Source: Glaucostegus cemiculus (Eukaryota). From it: a stretch of DNA of 64,000 nucleotides. The position numbers and the translations under genes were made by a program. The number at the start of each line of letters is the position of its first letter. The first letter of the stretch is position 1. Location of the stretch: NCBI GenBank assembly GCA_976551045.1, contig CDPCPM010000050.1, forward strand, positions 10,354,001-10,418,000, read 5' to 3'. The notes below the pieces were generated by a model. The model was not told the origin of the DNA. It ran no database searches and saw nothing but the letters and a program-made list of their open reading frames with translations. This document shows, piece by piece, positions 23,849 through 36,692 of this stretch.

Positions 23849-26800
23849 GCAGGGCTGTGATCGAGTCAGTGTTATGTGTAACACCAACTGCCTACCCTAC
23901 ATACTTCCAACATGCATGAGCACAGCACATGGTATAATGCTGCCAAATTTGCCGAGCAGTACCAAGCATGCTGAAACTGTGTGTTCAAAAGTCACCAAAT
24001 TAGGGAAAAAAATCAGCAAAGTATCACTGAAAGAAACGTGCTGGGCTGCCCAGCTTTGTGCCCAATGTTTCTTATTGACCTCGTATGATTTCTTTTTCGG
24101 ATGGTATATCATGCGATAAGAGCAAGATAAGCCATGTCACTGAACAATTTAAAATTTTAAGGATAGAAAAATATTTTTTAAAGCTGAGTGTACTGCATTT
24201 TTCATGGCCCGGGGTTCTATGTACAAATATGGCTGTCTGTATTTACACTGGACAAGCCAAGAATGTTAAAACAAATTTGGATAGAAAGTTACATGACCTT
24301 GAAGGCAGCCAGCCTCAGATATGGAATAAGTGAAGAGACATTACGACTTTAAGAAGGGAGCGAGGAAATAATTCCAGTGTATTGAAAGTGTAAGTTAATT
24401 TTGAAGACAAAGGTTGAGGGAGCTCATTAAAAATGACTGTTCTGTGAATGCTTTCATAAATATTGTTTTTCAGTTCAATAATATGCAGTAACATTTAAAT
24501 AAGGGATTTGTTTGTAGCAAGCCAAACACTGAGGGTAATAAAGGCTTTTATTTTGAGCCTCTGGTAATGATCCTGCATGGAAAGAGGTGGCAGCATGAGA
24601 AGGGTAAACACACTGCTCTAATTAAAGCATTCACTGCAAGTACAACGATGTGTAATTCTGACATTTAGTAGGAAGATAAGGGAAGACAAGCTGAATCAGA
24701 ATTGCAATCAGCTGCCCTGGGCAGCCTGGTAGCAACGAGCACAATGAAGGCACAGAGACAGAAGCCTGGGGAAGGTCATTACATGAAAGTACTAAACTAT
24801 TGCTGCTTTGTTCTTTTCCTTTGGATTGGCTGCCTTCCATGTACAGCTGGCAGTTACCTGAAATGGCATTCAGCTCACACTCAGGCAATATTTTCTGATT
24901 TCTATACTGAAGACTGTAAATTTGTCACTGTGATTTTCCAGGCCCTTCCTTTACTGGGAACCCAGAGACAGCAACCATATGTCATATGACCCTGTGGTTC
25001 ATTAGAATGTCACAGGCTTCTAGGCTTTTTAAACCTGAGTAATTATAAGGAATGTTAGGATATCACTGGGATGGCGTTCCCTGGGAAAATAGCTGCCAAA
25101 GAACAGCAGGAAATTGGACTGGAGATTGGCATCTTGTGTGATAGGCTAGAAGCAATAACATGATGGCTTCTGAGCCTCCAAGGACAAATATTGCAGGGTT
25201 TATGGCTGTCATATTCTGGCTGTCTGGTGGCTTATTCACCAGCCGTCTAAGCTGCCTTACCTTAAAGGAACACCCCAGGTTATCAATGCAGTCTCGGTGT
25301 AAGAGAGACTCTGCTTGTGCTTTTGTTTCCTGCACTTGTACAACTATATTGAGAAACTTGGCTTCATTTCACAGAGGAAAAAATAAATCCAGCCAGTTCT
25401 GGATTTTGTTTATAGTTGGTTTCATTTTGAAACTTGTAGACTGCCTGCGTGTAAACATGATGCATTTTTTTTCTGCTTTACATACCAAAGCATAAAAATG
25501 TGGTTTTAATAAAAATGTCTTGGAGGGAGCAGACATTGTAAAACCAACCCCTGTTGACCCTCTGAGTACCGGGGCAAGGTTCTTCACCTACCCATTCCAA
25601 CAGCACGTGCACTACAGGGGATGACAATTAGTGGATTAATTGACCATTAATCGACTACAGCTGGAGACAGTTATCATTTTTGTTGTCAAAATGCCGCCAA
25701 TATAATCGCTTGCCACAATCCTTCCAGCTTCAGATTTCAAGGGCCACTATTTTGATGAAAGAGAATGTGATGGTTCAGTTTCTCACAGTTTGGGAAAGGG
25801 GAAAAGAGTCACAGCAGTTATGCCTCGTTTTTATTGGTTGAACCAGACTAAGTAATAACTCTATTGAGTGCAATCCATGACTGTTGAGTGGGTTGCTAGG
25901 CAAAAAAAAATGAGATAGTTTCTTCCACTTCTCAAAATATTATGAAATGTGCTTGTTGTTTAGTTGATGAAGCCTTTATTTCTTTTTGGTCTTGGCTTTT
26001 TTATCATCATCACAGATGTTCCAAACACAGCAGCCTGGTCACATTGCTCATCCTATTGACAAAGGCAACCAGAAGAGCTCCTCTTTCACCAGTGAGCTTT
26101 TTGGTCTCTGTAAGACCGATTTCACTTCCTGATGATTATCAACAGATGAAAAGGTGGACTCTGGAGAGGTTAGGGATTTTGATTTTAGGTGCAACTCTTC
26201 TTCAGCTGGTCTTTGTGTTCAATATTATTATAACAGGTTCCTGTTAGAAAATCTTGTGGAAGATTGTTTGTCACCATGCTCTCCTGTCTTAGGACAGTGG
26301 TAGCCATTTGTGGACATTTCCTTTACACTGTTTCAAAGTTGCTTTTAAGAAGGTTATTGCTGTCTATCACAAAAATCACGTCCTGCTGTCCATGTGTGGT
26401 GAGGGATCTACTGTGTAATTCCAGCAGAGGATATTTACAACATGTGAAATGGCCACAGTAACAGTACCTCAGGTTGGCAGCTTCTTGTTGATATATAAAC
26501 AATGTATGGATGCAACAAATATATATGCTGCTGCTTATGAACATGAGTTCTCATGTTCTAATGAGTACCTGTTGTCTGTTGCTATGACGGTAAAGACCCC
26601 TTCCTGTTATGGCAGATAAAAGAAAAGTGATGCAATCAATTTTCAGCATACAAGCAACTATTAATGGTCCTCATACTTGCCGAATCCACCTTCATTCTCA
26701 TTTGCCCAAAGACTGCTAACTGCTTCCATGAGATTAAGGTTAATAAACTGAAAGGCTCAGTGCCAATGAAACACTGTTTAGCTAATGCCAGGCCAAACAA

Positions 26801-27658
26801 CAGGGAAGCAAAGTGCTTTTTATGTTGTACAAAGATACTCTGTCAGCTATATCCATAGGACACTAACAACCTTTTAGCTCTGTTCCAAGCACTTTCTGCT
26901 CTTAGTGTGTTAGCCTGACTCACTGCTGCCTAAGTGAGTTGTCTGATCATTCTGTTTTACAGTCGATCCTCTTCCAACTGAATGCTGCCCTATTCAATGT
27001 TATTTTCAGGAGGCATTTCCTGCTCATCCTATGATCTCATCTAGCTTATTCCCCTCAGCTTTCCAAGTAGCTGTTTTCAAGTACAAGAGAAAAGTTTTGC
27101 TTTGAGATTATGGAGGCAAACTTTATAAACCAAACCAGAAACAACCCCCAGCAACATTGCTAATCAGCTCATCAATTCATTAACATATTGAAACGTTAAC
27201 CAGGTTCAAATAGAAAATCAAAACTTTGAGTTTTTACTTTATTGGAATCTTTTGAAGAATTCTTGGTAGTAAAATTCAAAGTTCTTTTGAATTTGATATT
27301 TATTTCCAGTGGGAGGGCAGAACATGTGATGTTTGGATTCTATCCTGTGGGCCCCAACATGTTGGGCACAATGACCTAGTTTTAAACTACAAAACGACTT
27401 GTCTTTTGGTTGAAGACAAACATAAGTTGCATGCTGGTTGCCACTTGGCATCTTACAAAGAAATAAAGCAAAGGTGTGTAGTGTTCATTCATTTTTACAG
27501 CAAAGGTATTTGCAACATCCAATTTGATCTGTTAGGACTGATGCTGTACTGACATTGTTTAAAATTGACAACCATGGAACAATTACTGAGATGGCTGCTC
27601 TCTGCCACCTCTTCCCACCAGGAATTGCAAACTTTTTTGAATAATGACAGGCAGAGGA

Positions 27659-27952
27659 TGGCACGGTAGCATAGTGGTTATCACAATGCTATACAGCGGC
27701 AGCGACCTGGGTTCAATTCCGGCCACTGCCTGTAAGGAGTTTGTACGTTCTCCCTGTGTCTGCGTGGGTTTCCTCCGGGTGCTCCAGTTTCCTCCCCCAT
27801 TCCAAAGACGTACAGGTTGGGAAGTTATGGGCATGCTATGTTGGCACCAGAAGTGTGGCAACACTTGGGGGCTGCCCTCCAAAAAACACTACGCAAAAGA
27901 TGTATTTCACTGTGTGTTTCGACGTACATGTGACTAATAAAGATCTTATCTT
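27659..27952 (+). mobile_element. V-SINE, stem-loop/(ATCTT)-tail family, full length
   Basis: A-box tagcatagtgg, B-box ggttcaattcc, a V-domain, and tail ttcactgtgtgtttcgacgtacatgtgactaataaagatcttatctt. Confidence 0.92.
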
Positions 27953-27984
27953 AGATACGAGGTTATAATCCATTTATTTTGCAT

Positions 27985-28530
27985 TAGCTTGGCTTGGTTG
28001 TTTAGCAGTTTTGACACCAAATCTGAAGGTTGCAGGTTTAAAACTGACTAAAGATTTGAACACATAACCAAGAAGGATCCTATAGCAAAGGCCAATGCAG
28101 TGCAATGTTATTGGAAAGATGTGGTGGGAGCTGTCAGTCAAGGTGCTAAATGCATGAAGTGGTATTGTGTATATTATTTTCTACCTCTAAAGTTTATTTC
28201 TACTGCCTTCTACAAAACTAAACTTCAAAAGCAAATTTCACTGCACACACATTTAGCATAAATGACCAAGAATAAATTTCTTTCCCATATTTGAGGTATT
28301 TTCCGTTGCTTCAAATGGACATAGTAGATTCAAGGCAGAGATGAGAATTCTCCTCTCAAGTAACACAGCCAGGATAAATGAATCAACCATTGGTCACATT
28401 TGCTGCTTGTCTGAGCTTGTTGTGCACTAAACCTGTTTGCCATCTGTGAGAGAAATAATCAAACAACCTCAAGGCATTTTGTGATGTCCTGAGTAGATGA
28501 TAGGTAGTACAAGATGTAAGATCTTTCTTC
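27985..28530 (+). mobile_element. Deu-domain SINE (SacSINE/AmnSINE-like), degenerate and split
   Basis: Head tctgaaggttgcaggtttaaa...agatttgaacacataa and L2-like tail ggcattttgtgatgtcctgag. Homologous to 62152-63465. Confidence 0.45.
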
Positions 28531-28714
28531 CCATAAATAGATTTCCCTTTTAATGACTTTGTGAAACATTAATGCCATTACACTGAAACAGGGACAGCAG
28601 TAAGCAGAGAGCATTAAATCAAATCAAAATATAAGAAATCTATCATAAGACTCATCACCTTCTCAACCATAACAGAAAAAAAATATGGTGAATTGTTCCT
28701 TTCATGATAACAAG

Positions 28715-29205
28715 TAGCCATCTCGCTTCAGTTATATAGAATTCTGGTGGGATTGCATTGGGAATATTGTGGGCAAGTCTGGTGTCCCAACCCAAGGAAA
28801 GATGTAGTTGTGATGAGGGATCACCAGATTGATTCTTGGGATGGTGTGTTTGTCATATGGGGAGAGATGAAAGCCTGTTCTCTCTTGAGTTTAGAAGAAT
28901 GAAAGATGATCTGATTGTAATATACAAAGTTTTTACAGGGCTTTACGAGGTCGATGTGGTGATGATGTTTCCCCTGGCTGTGGTTACATCTCAGTACTAG
29001 GAATTGGCCAATCAGCATAGATATGAGGTTTCCTCTCTCTAAGAGGGAGTATTCTGAAGTCAGAGATTGATAGTTTTCTTTTAGATACTAAGGCAACTGA
29101 GGTATATGGGGTTACTGCAGGAAAATGGTGTTGAAATAAAAGATCAACCATTATTCGATTGAATAGCAGATTAGGCACAGAGAGCTAAATGTCTTGTCCT
29201 GTTTC
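28715..29205 (+). mobile_element. CR1 LINE 3' fragments
   Basis: Reads QLYRILVGLHWEYCGQVWCP...KDV and LFSLEFRRMKDDLI. Confidence 0.75.
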
Positions 29206-29571
29206 CTTTTTAGACTAATCATCTGTTGCATTTGAAAAGCATACTTGATTTGGGTACAATAATATTAGTTCCAGATATGTGTAGGATTCAGTCTTTCTAC
29301 AAAATAAACCTTCTATCTGAGACCAAAGAGTAAGAGATAATCAATCCACTATCATAACGTGGTCATCCAGGCATCTTCCACATGCCTCTTCAAAGGCTTC
29401 AAAGTAAATAATTGATCCAGTGCCAGCTCAGAATTGGTCCTTATTCACATGTGTTTGTGCGTGGTCGAGTCAATGGATGGGAGAAAGAAGCCAATTGAGG
29501 GGGCACATCTTGTATTCTACATGAAGTTGGCAGGTGGCTCAATGTGATTCCCTCTCTACAGTTAAGATTCT

Positions 29572-30198
29572 AATTGGTGATTGGTTTGTTATTGTCATAT
29601 GTACTAGGTACAGCGTAAAACTTGTTTTGCATGCTATCCATACAGATCACTTCATCACATCAGTACACTGAGGTAGTACAAGAGAAAACAATAACAGAAT
29701 GCAGAATAAAGTGTCTCAGTTACAGAGAAAGTGCAGTGGAGGCAGACAATAAAGTGGATGGCCATGACAAGGTAGATTGTGAGGTCAGGAGTCCATCTTA
29801 TTGTACAAGTGGTTTGTTTAATGAAATAGAAGCTGTCCTTGAGCCTGGTGGTATGAGCTTTCAGGCTTTTGTATCTTCTGCCCAACAGGAGGGGGAGAAG
29901 AAAGGGGCCAGATGGGTCTTTGTTTATTTTGGCTGCTTTATCAAGGCAGCAAGAAGTGTAGGCAGAGTCCATGGAGGGGAGGCTGGCTTTTGTGATGTGC
30001 TGAGCTGTGTCCACAACTCTCTGCAGTTTCTTGCTGTCTCAAGCAGAGCAGTTGCCATACCAAGCTGTGGTGCATCTGGATAGGATACTTTCTATGGTGC
30101 ATCGATAGAAATTGATGAGGGTCAACGGGGACAGGCCGGATTTCTTTAGCCTCCTGAGGAAGTAGAGGTGTTGTTGACTTTCTTAGCTATGGCATCAG
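29572..30198 (-). mobile_element. Rex1/Babar-type LINE 3' portion
   Basis: Reads DTAQHITKASLPSMDSAYTSCCLDKAAKINKDPS...GRRYKSLKAHTTRLKDSFY, with an aataacaaaccaat tail. Confidence 0.9.
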
Positions 30199-30839
30199 CT
30201 GGCACATAGTATTAAAAGATTAAATGACCATCTTTCAAAAATATACACTGACTCTTTTTCTCTTTCACTTTTAATGTAGATTCTGCAATCTATGTTTCTG
30301 TAATGAAGCTTCTTTGTACGTGCATGGTTTATTAACTTACAGCACAGCTTTCTGGCTGGAGAACTGGCTAAATGCTACGGATGATCAGCTTCACATGTGA
30401 ACACATACAAGCTTAGTGCTCAAGAGGCCAGGGCATTGATTCAACCTATCTTTAAACATTAACATGCGATGCAAAAGGCCAAGAGATAGTAATCCCGTCA
30501 GCAAAGCAAGTCCCCCACTCAACACCCAAATCAGCAGGAAGGAAACATGTCCTGGGGTTGTGTTGAATCTCACACTGTTGAACTAATGCTTCTGCAGAGT
30601 TCAATCCCATTTTACCCTGAGGTTTGGTAACTTAAGAGGTAATGAAGTCCAGTCACCAATGGAATTTTGGAAAATTGAGGAGCTGGCAATGGTGTTAATG
30701 GATCTGAACTGGTCTACTGGGAAAATGGTCTTCCTGTTTACTTCTGAAATATGAAGTTATCAGCCAGAAATGGCACATTGTGCACATCCCCCATGGACTG
30801 CACACCCCATGCATTTATTTCTTTTTATTTTATTCATAT

Positions 30840-31650
30840 ACCAGGATCTGGACATGACTGGCAAGACCACCATCACTACAAAAGAGTAGTGAGCCACATT
30901 CTTGAACCACTACATTCCTTCTGATAAGGACACTCCTGCAGTGCTGTTGGATAGGGAATTCCAGGATTTAAAAACAGCAACAATGAAGAACTGATGATAT
31001 ACTTCCAAATTAGAATGGTATGTGACTTGGGTGGGGGGGAACCTGCAGATGGTGGTGTTCCCCATGCATCTGTTGCCCTTCTCCTACTTGATGGTGGAGA
31101 TCCAGGTTTGGAAGGTGCTGTTGGAATTGCTTTGGTGAATAATAGCAATGCATTTTGTAGATGGCGCTCACAGCAGACATTGTACACCTGTAGTGGAGTG
31201 AATGATTATTTAGGGTGGTGGATAGGACATTAATCAAAGCCCTGCTTTGTTCTGTTGAGCTTTTTAAGAGTAATGTGACTCTATATGCCAATATTTTTGT
31301 GTCTGGTCCAGTTGAGTTTCTAGTCAATGGTTATTCCCCAGGATATTGTTAGAGAGGGACTTAGAGATGTTAGTGCCATTGCCAAGCCAACACAATGGCA
31401 CAACGACTCTCTTGTGTTGGCGATGGTCATACCCGGTGCTTTGGCAGTACAAATGTTCCTTGTTGTTTAGAATGCTGTGCCATTGCCTGGGTCTCGCTAC
31501 ATGCAGGCACTGACTGCTTCATTTGCAGAGAGATTGTGAATGGAATTGAACATTGTGCATTCATCAGTGGACAACCCCCTTCTGATGGAAGGAAGGCCAT
31601 TGATGAAGCAGTTGAAGATGGCTGAGTTAGGATATTGAGGAACTTCTGCA
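30840..31650 (-). mobile_element. CR1-clade LINE 3' portion (older family)
   Basis: The minus strand reads SAIFNCFINGLPSIRRGLSTDECTMFNSI and HSLHYRCTMSAVSAIYKMHC. Same family as 49830-50615. Confidence 0.75.
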
Positions 31651-32211
31651 GTATTAACTAGGCTGGCATCAAATAGACCTTTGCATTCTAATTGTTTTGA
31701 TATACTATACCTTTGCTGTCTTCCATCCAATGAGTACAGTTGTGTAGGAATTGTTTTTCCATCACAAATATACAGTTACATAGTGAATTACTTCCTCCTA
31801 ATCACATTGCTTCTGTCAATTACATCCAATCACTGTATAGTTCCTTGATTGTAATAATTGAGCTGGGCATCAATTGTACCAATGGTCTGAGATGTTACAA
31901 AACATTTTCCATATTTTTTGAAACCAAGTTACTCCCCTAACATTTTTTTTTGCCTCATTTTGGCTCTCTTAGCTGAGGTTGTTGGATGTTTTAATCTGAC
32001 TCTAATCTGGAAATAAGCAATACTGGTACAGTTCCTACAGAATGGCATACTACCTCCAAAGGTGCTTTATTATCATCCATGTGTTGGGAATTTCCAACCT
32101 GCACCATCCTCCACTGGGCACTCTGCTGCACCAGAGGCCAAATATCTGCCAGTGATTCCAAGTAGGCAGAAATATACCTTTCTTCTGTTGCTGGATCAAG
32201 GGGAGTTGCAC

Positions 32212-32842
32212 ATAGCACAGTGGTACAGCTCATAGAGCTGCTGCCTCACAGTAAGATAAGGTAAGATATGTTTATTAGTCACATGTACATTGAAACACAG
32301 AGTGAAATACATATTTTGCGTGGAGTGTTCTGGGGGCAGCCTACAAGTGTCACCACGCTTCCGGCACCAACATAGCATGCCCACAACTTTGGAATGTGGG
32401 AGGAAACCAGAGTACCCAGAGGAAACCACGCAGACACGGGGAGAACGTACAAACTCCTCACAGACAGCGACGGGAATTGAACCCGGATTACTGGTGTTGT
32501 AAAGCATTATGCTAACCACTACACTACCGTGCCTGCCCATAGTTCTGGTGATCTGGGTTCAATCTGATCTCTGGTGCTGTCTGTGTGGAGTTTGCATGGT
32601 CTACTTCTGACACTGTGGGTCTCCTCTGGGTGCTCTCATTTCCTCCCACATCTCAATGAACTGTGGGGTCGTATGTTAATTATTCACTGTAAATTGCCTG
32701 CGGTGTGTAGGTGAATGATGGAATTCGTGGGGGGTGCGGGACAACAAGTAAAAGGATTGATTCAGGAATAGTGTGGGTGAATGCTGGTAGCCCATGCAGA
32801 CTTGATGGGCCAAAGGGTCTGTCTCCATGCTGTATGACTCAA
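32212..32842 (+). mobile_element. HE1-like V-SINE interrupted by a younger V-SINE
   Basis: The head gcacagtggtacagct...gcctcacag resumes at 32539 with gggttcaatc. It ends in the CR1-type tail gggccaaagggtctgtctccatgctgtatgactc. Confidence 0.8.
32252..32537 (-). mobile_element. V-SINE, stem-loop/(ATCTT)-tail family, full length
   Basis: Complete head to tail, flanked by cacagt / catagt, a likely 6-bp TSD with one mismatch. Confidence 0.92.
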
Positions 32843-33554
32843 TATAATCTTTAACAACAACTGGCAGTAACAAAGCAGGACATTTGTTAATTATAGCCAT
32901 CTTTAAATATAAAAGCATTTTAAATCTCTGCTGAATGGAAGACACAGTCCCTTTAAGTTCTGTGGTGCCTGATTTAGCATAAAATATTAAAACAGTCCTG
33001 TAACCTAAATAACTCGTACCTCCCATGCTAGGCATTATTCCGCAGCCAAATTACTGTGGAGAAAATCATTTCTCCAGTCTCTCAGTTAAGAGCAGCCTGA
33101 GGGACATGTCGTGAGCAATATCTGTCCCTCTACCCCTTGGGGAAACACTTGGCCTCTAGTTGATGCCTTCTTCTGTTAACCCTACTGCAATCAGGCACTC
33201 GCCGTGTGAAAAATGCTCATTCTTTTAATAAATCAAAGCAAAATCAGAACTTATTCACAGATCACACATTTGAGTTTCGACAGATTGTTCTCACATTTGT
33301 GTCTTGCGTGCATTCTTCTCCTTAACAATTGTGCATCGACGGGACAGAGGATGGTTGATAGAAGCAGATGAACAGGGGTTGTTGTCACTATTGAAGGGGA
33401 TGGGGTGGAAGCAGCTGAGAAGCTCCGTAATTCAAGACGAAGTTACAAATAAGTTCTTTGTAGCTCCACTCGCAAAGTAAGAAGGATTTTAATATCAGTG
33501 GACAACTCAGAAGCTTTCTGCATACCACAGAAAAGCAGAACTTCGGTGAAATTA

Positions 33555-33793
33555 TTTTTTTTATTTACAACGTGGTAACAGGCCCTTCCAGCCCGAGTCT
33601 GCGCTGCCCATTTTAAACCCAAATTAACCTACCCGTACATCTTTTGAAACATGGGAGGAAACCGGAGCACCCAGAGGAAACCCACGCGGACATGGGAGAA
33701 TGTACAAACTCCTTACAGACAGCGACGGGAATTGAACCCCGATCGCTGGTGCTGTAATAGGATTGCGCTAACTGCTACGCTACCGTGCCGCCC
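33555..33793 (-). mobile_element. Short young V-SINE variant (HE1-type tail plus A-rich end)
   Basis: Head gggcggcacggtagcgtagcagttagc, tail gggctggaagggcctgttaccacgttgtaaataaaaaaaa, many CpGs. Confidence 0.85.
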
Positions 33794-34329
33794 CGTGTTA
33801 TGTAAAAAATCAATCTCCTTGAATTTTCAAGATTTATCAAATTTTAAGAGTGAACTTCACACATATATATAATTAACAAACTGAGCAAACAGTTATGCAC
33901 AGTGACTGCATACACAGCTCACTTCATGCTGTTATTGAATCAATTATGATGTAATGTGTAAATATTGAGATATACCATACTTCTTGATTTCCATCCACCA
34001 CACCATTGCCAGCACAGCAGACAGATGACTTGCTTTTTTCATTATTGAAATGTCAATCTCCTGATCACTGTTAAAAAGATCTCATCAGCTTCCATTTATT
34101 CTGGCACAGTAGGAACTTGTTGAACACAAAACGCTGTGGGGATAAATGAGATGTTGTATGCTTCACACTGACAGCATCTCCCATGATTGCAACCTTCTCT
34201 TTTACACAGTCTCCTGCTCAGCTGGCATTGAAACTGTTGGATTGAAGGTGGGAGAGTGACTGGTGGTATACAGGCTCCCAGTGAAAGGTTTGGAAGTCAC
34301 CCAGCCACTTTGTTGAATCTATTTCATAT

Positions 34330-34400
34330 AGCAACACACACAAAATGCTGGAGGAACTCAGCAGGTCAGGCAGCATCTATGGAGGGAAATGAACAGTCAG
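34330..34400 (-). mobile_element. Penelope pseudo-LTR fragment
   Basis: Near-identical to 816-887. Confidence 0.8.
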
Positions 34401-35407
34401 CACTACCTCGTAATTATATTTTTTCTCTCTCTGGGAAGTTGAGATACAATGTTTACAATTAAGAGAACAGCCCGAATCTACTTCCTGGGTGTCTACAGAA
34501 GCCAGGTTTTGTTTGGGTGCTCATCTGTTGTTATCTGTTGAAAACCATTAGTCCAATGTGTACCTTTCCTGAAATCTCTGAAATTTAAGAGAGATCAGCC
34601 TTCTCAGTCCTTACTGAGAAATCACAACCCCAGCTATTACAGTTCACTTTATAAACGGCATGGCGGACCAAATCATGGCTTTTGGAGCAAACAAGAGAAA
34701 ATATATATAAAGCTGAATAAGGTGACAGACAGAAAGAAAGTGGTGAGGGTGAACTGGGAAAAATCAGGCATGGATGAAATGGAAATAGGTGAAGGGAGTA
34801 AGCAAAAAAAGAAATCTTCAGGTATGTCTTCCTGTTAATCTTTATCGTAATGAAAAGTGGATTTGGACATTCTTTCACATGGGAACTGTGTACAATTTAA
34901 GATTTGAGTGAAATCATGTTGGATGTGACAACCAAGTTCTGCACTTGAATTACTTTTTCCACATGCAAAAAAAATCTTTGTTCAGTTTGTGTTGATTAGG
35001 TTCAGCATTGATGCAAAGTACAATGTATTTTTAACTGATCAAGCAATTAGTAGCATAAGTAGCCTTTTAAGAAAATGCCAACAGTTAATGAATGAGAGGC
35101 AATCTTTCGGGACCAGAAAATGAGAACTAAAATTTTGGAGTTTCACTCTTCTGTTAGGTATGTTATGTATGAAAAATGTTAGGTGTTTCATAGTTTTCTA
35201 TTTTCTGTCTCTCTTTTGTGTCTCCTCCTACAATTTTTCTTTCTCCCTTTTTATTCCTCTCTGTATCTTATTTCACATTGAATTCGACCACCCATATTCA
35301 TCTCCTTCTCTGTTGTGTTCCTTTTTAATTCACTAAATCTTAATGATTAAAGAACAAGTGATAATGTCAGTCCCCATCATATACCACAATACCAAAGGCC
35401 CTGCTTC

Positions 35408-35457
35408 CCAACCCATGTGCCAACCCATGTGTACCATGTACCATGTGTGCCCATGTG
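35408..35457. repeat. Short imperfect tandem repeat of a CCATGT core
   Basis: ccaacccatgtg twice, followed by three more ccatgt units. Confidence 0.7.
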
Positions 35458-35761
35458 GAAGCTTGCACTTCCAACTATCTATATATTTGAGCTGAAGAGT
35501 GTCTCTGTGTAAAGACTATTTGTGATTTAGTTCTTGCTTAACCTTCCAATTGCTGATCACAGATATTGTCACCTTCCAGTGTGTAACTACATCCAGGTGG
35601 GATTAAACTGTTTTATTTACCTTAATATTTTGCACTTAGTGACAAGTTGATGCTCGGTGAGCAAGTCCAAGAGAAGCAGAGGTTTTCAATTGCCCCATCT
35701 CCTGTCTGCTGATGCTCCCATTGCATTTATGTGATCACTGCACATGCAAGATGGGCTTACT

Positions 35762-36270
35762 ACATTCTAGGTCACTGACCTCTCATCAGAACTGGTGAGT
35801 TCTGACACAAACTGGTTATCTGAAGTTGTTGAATTTAATATTCAGTCCTGAAGTACAAGAACTATTCTTTTAGTTTACATTGGGCTTCTTTGGAGCAGTG
35901 TAAGAGGCAGAAGGTGGAGAGGTTCATGTGAGAGTGGGACAGAGAATTAAAGTTGCTGGAACTGGAAGCTCAGGGTCACTCTTTTAGACTGAACACAGGC
36001 ATTCTGCAAAGTGATCACTCAATATGTGGTTGGTTTTTCCAGTGTAGAGGAAACCACATCTTAAGCACTGAATGGAGTACACTTCATTAGAAGAAATTAT
36101 AGTAAATCACTGCTTCACCTGGAAGAACTGTTTGGGTTCCTGGATGGTGGGAAGAGACCAACAATTCAACAATCCTAGATTTAATAAACAGCCTGTAGTA
36201 TAAAGTTTGTTTCTCTGTCCAGACATGCTGCCTGAATCCTTACAGTATTTTTGGTTTTGATTTCTGATCT
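35762..36270 (-). mobile_element. Penelope-like element GIY-YIG fragment with inverted upstream pLTR
   Basis: The minus strand reads SLPTIQEPKQFFQVKQ*FTIISSNEVYSIQCLRCGFLYTGKTNHILSDHFAE. Confidence 0.8.
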
Positions 36271-36561
36271 GAGTATATGAATCAGGAACAGGTAATGGCC
36301 ACATGGGCCCTTAAGCCTGCACCACCATTTTATAAGATTAGGTCTGATCTGATGGTAACCTCATTTCTGCATTCCCATTCACGGATTTGCTTTTAATAGC
36401 CATTGGGACTGCTGTTCTTACTGCATCCTGCAATTTTTTGACCCCACTAAGCATGAGGTGTAGAAGATGACCGTTCTCAATGTTTCGTCAATTTTTCTGC
36501 TAAACCATAATGTGAATGTTATAAGCCTCCTACTGTAATTTCATCTTAGCTGGGACTCTGT

Positions 36562-36692
36562 CAGTCTAGATGATGGATCTCAACCCGAAATGTCATCTGT
36601 CCATTTCCTTCCACAGATGCTGCTGGACCCACTGAGTTCCTCCAGCACCTCGTTTGTTGCTTCAGACTTCAGCATCTGCAGTCTATTGCATC
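36562..36692 (+). mobile_element. Penelope pseudo-LTR, solo
   Basis: gatgatggatctcaacccgaaatgtc...cagatgctgctggacccactgagttcctccagc. Confidence 0.8.

Noticed and set aside
25830-25945. MHC class II S-X-Y promoter module (cctagcaac plus CCAAT)
   Set aside because: The Y-box orientation and spacing relative to the X-box are wrong, there is no X2 site, and no downstream MHC-like exon is present.
27659-27730. tRNA genes at A/B-box sequences (also 40122 and 53315)
   Set aside because: These are SINE heads continuing into V-domains, with no cloverleaf or terminator.
35408-35457. CRISPR-like or structured repeat array
   Set aside because: Very short irregular slippage repeats with no unique spacers, in a vertebrate context.
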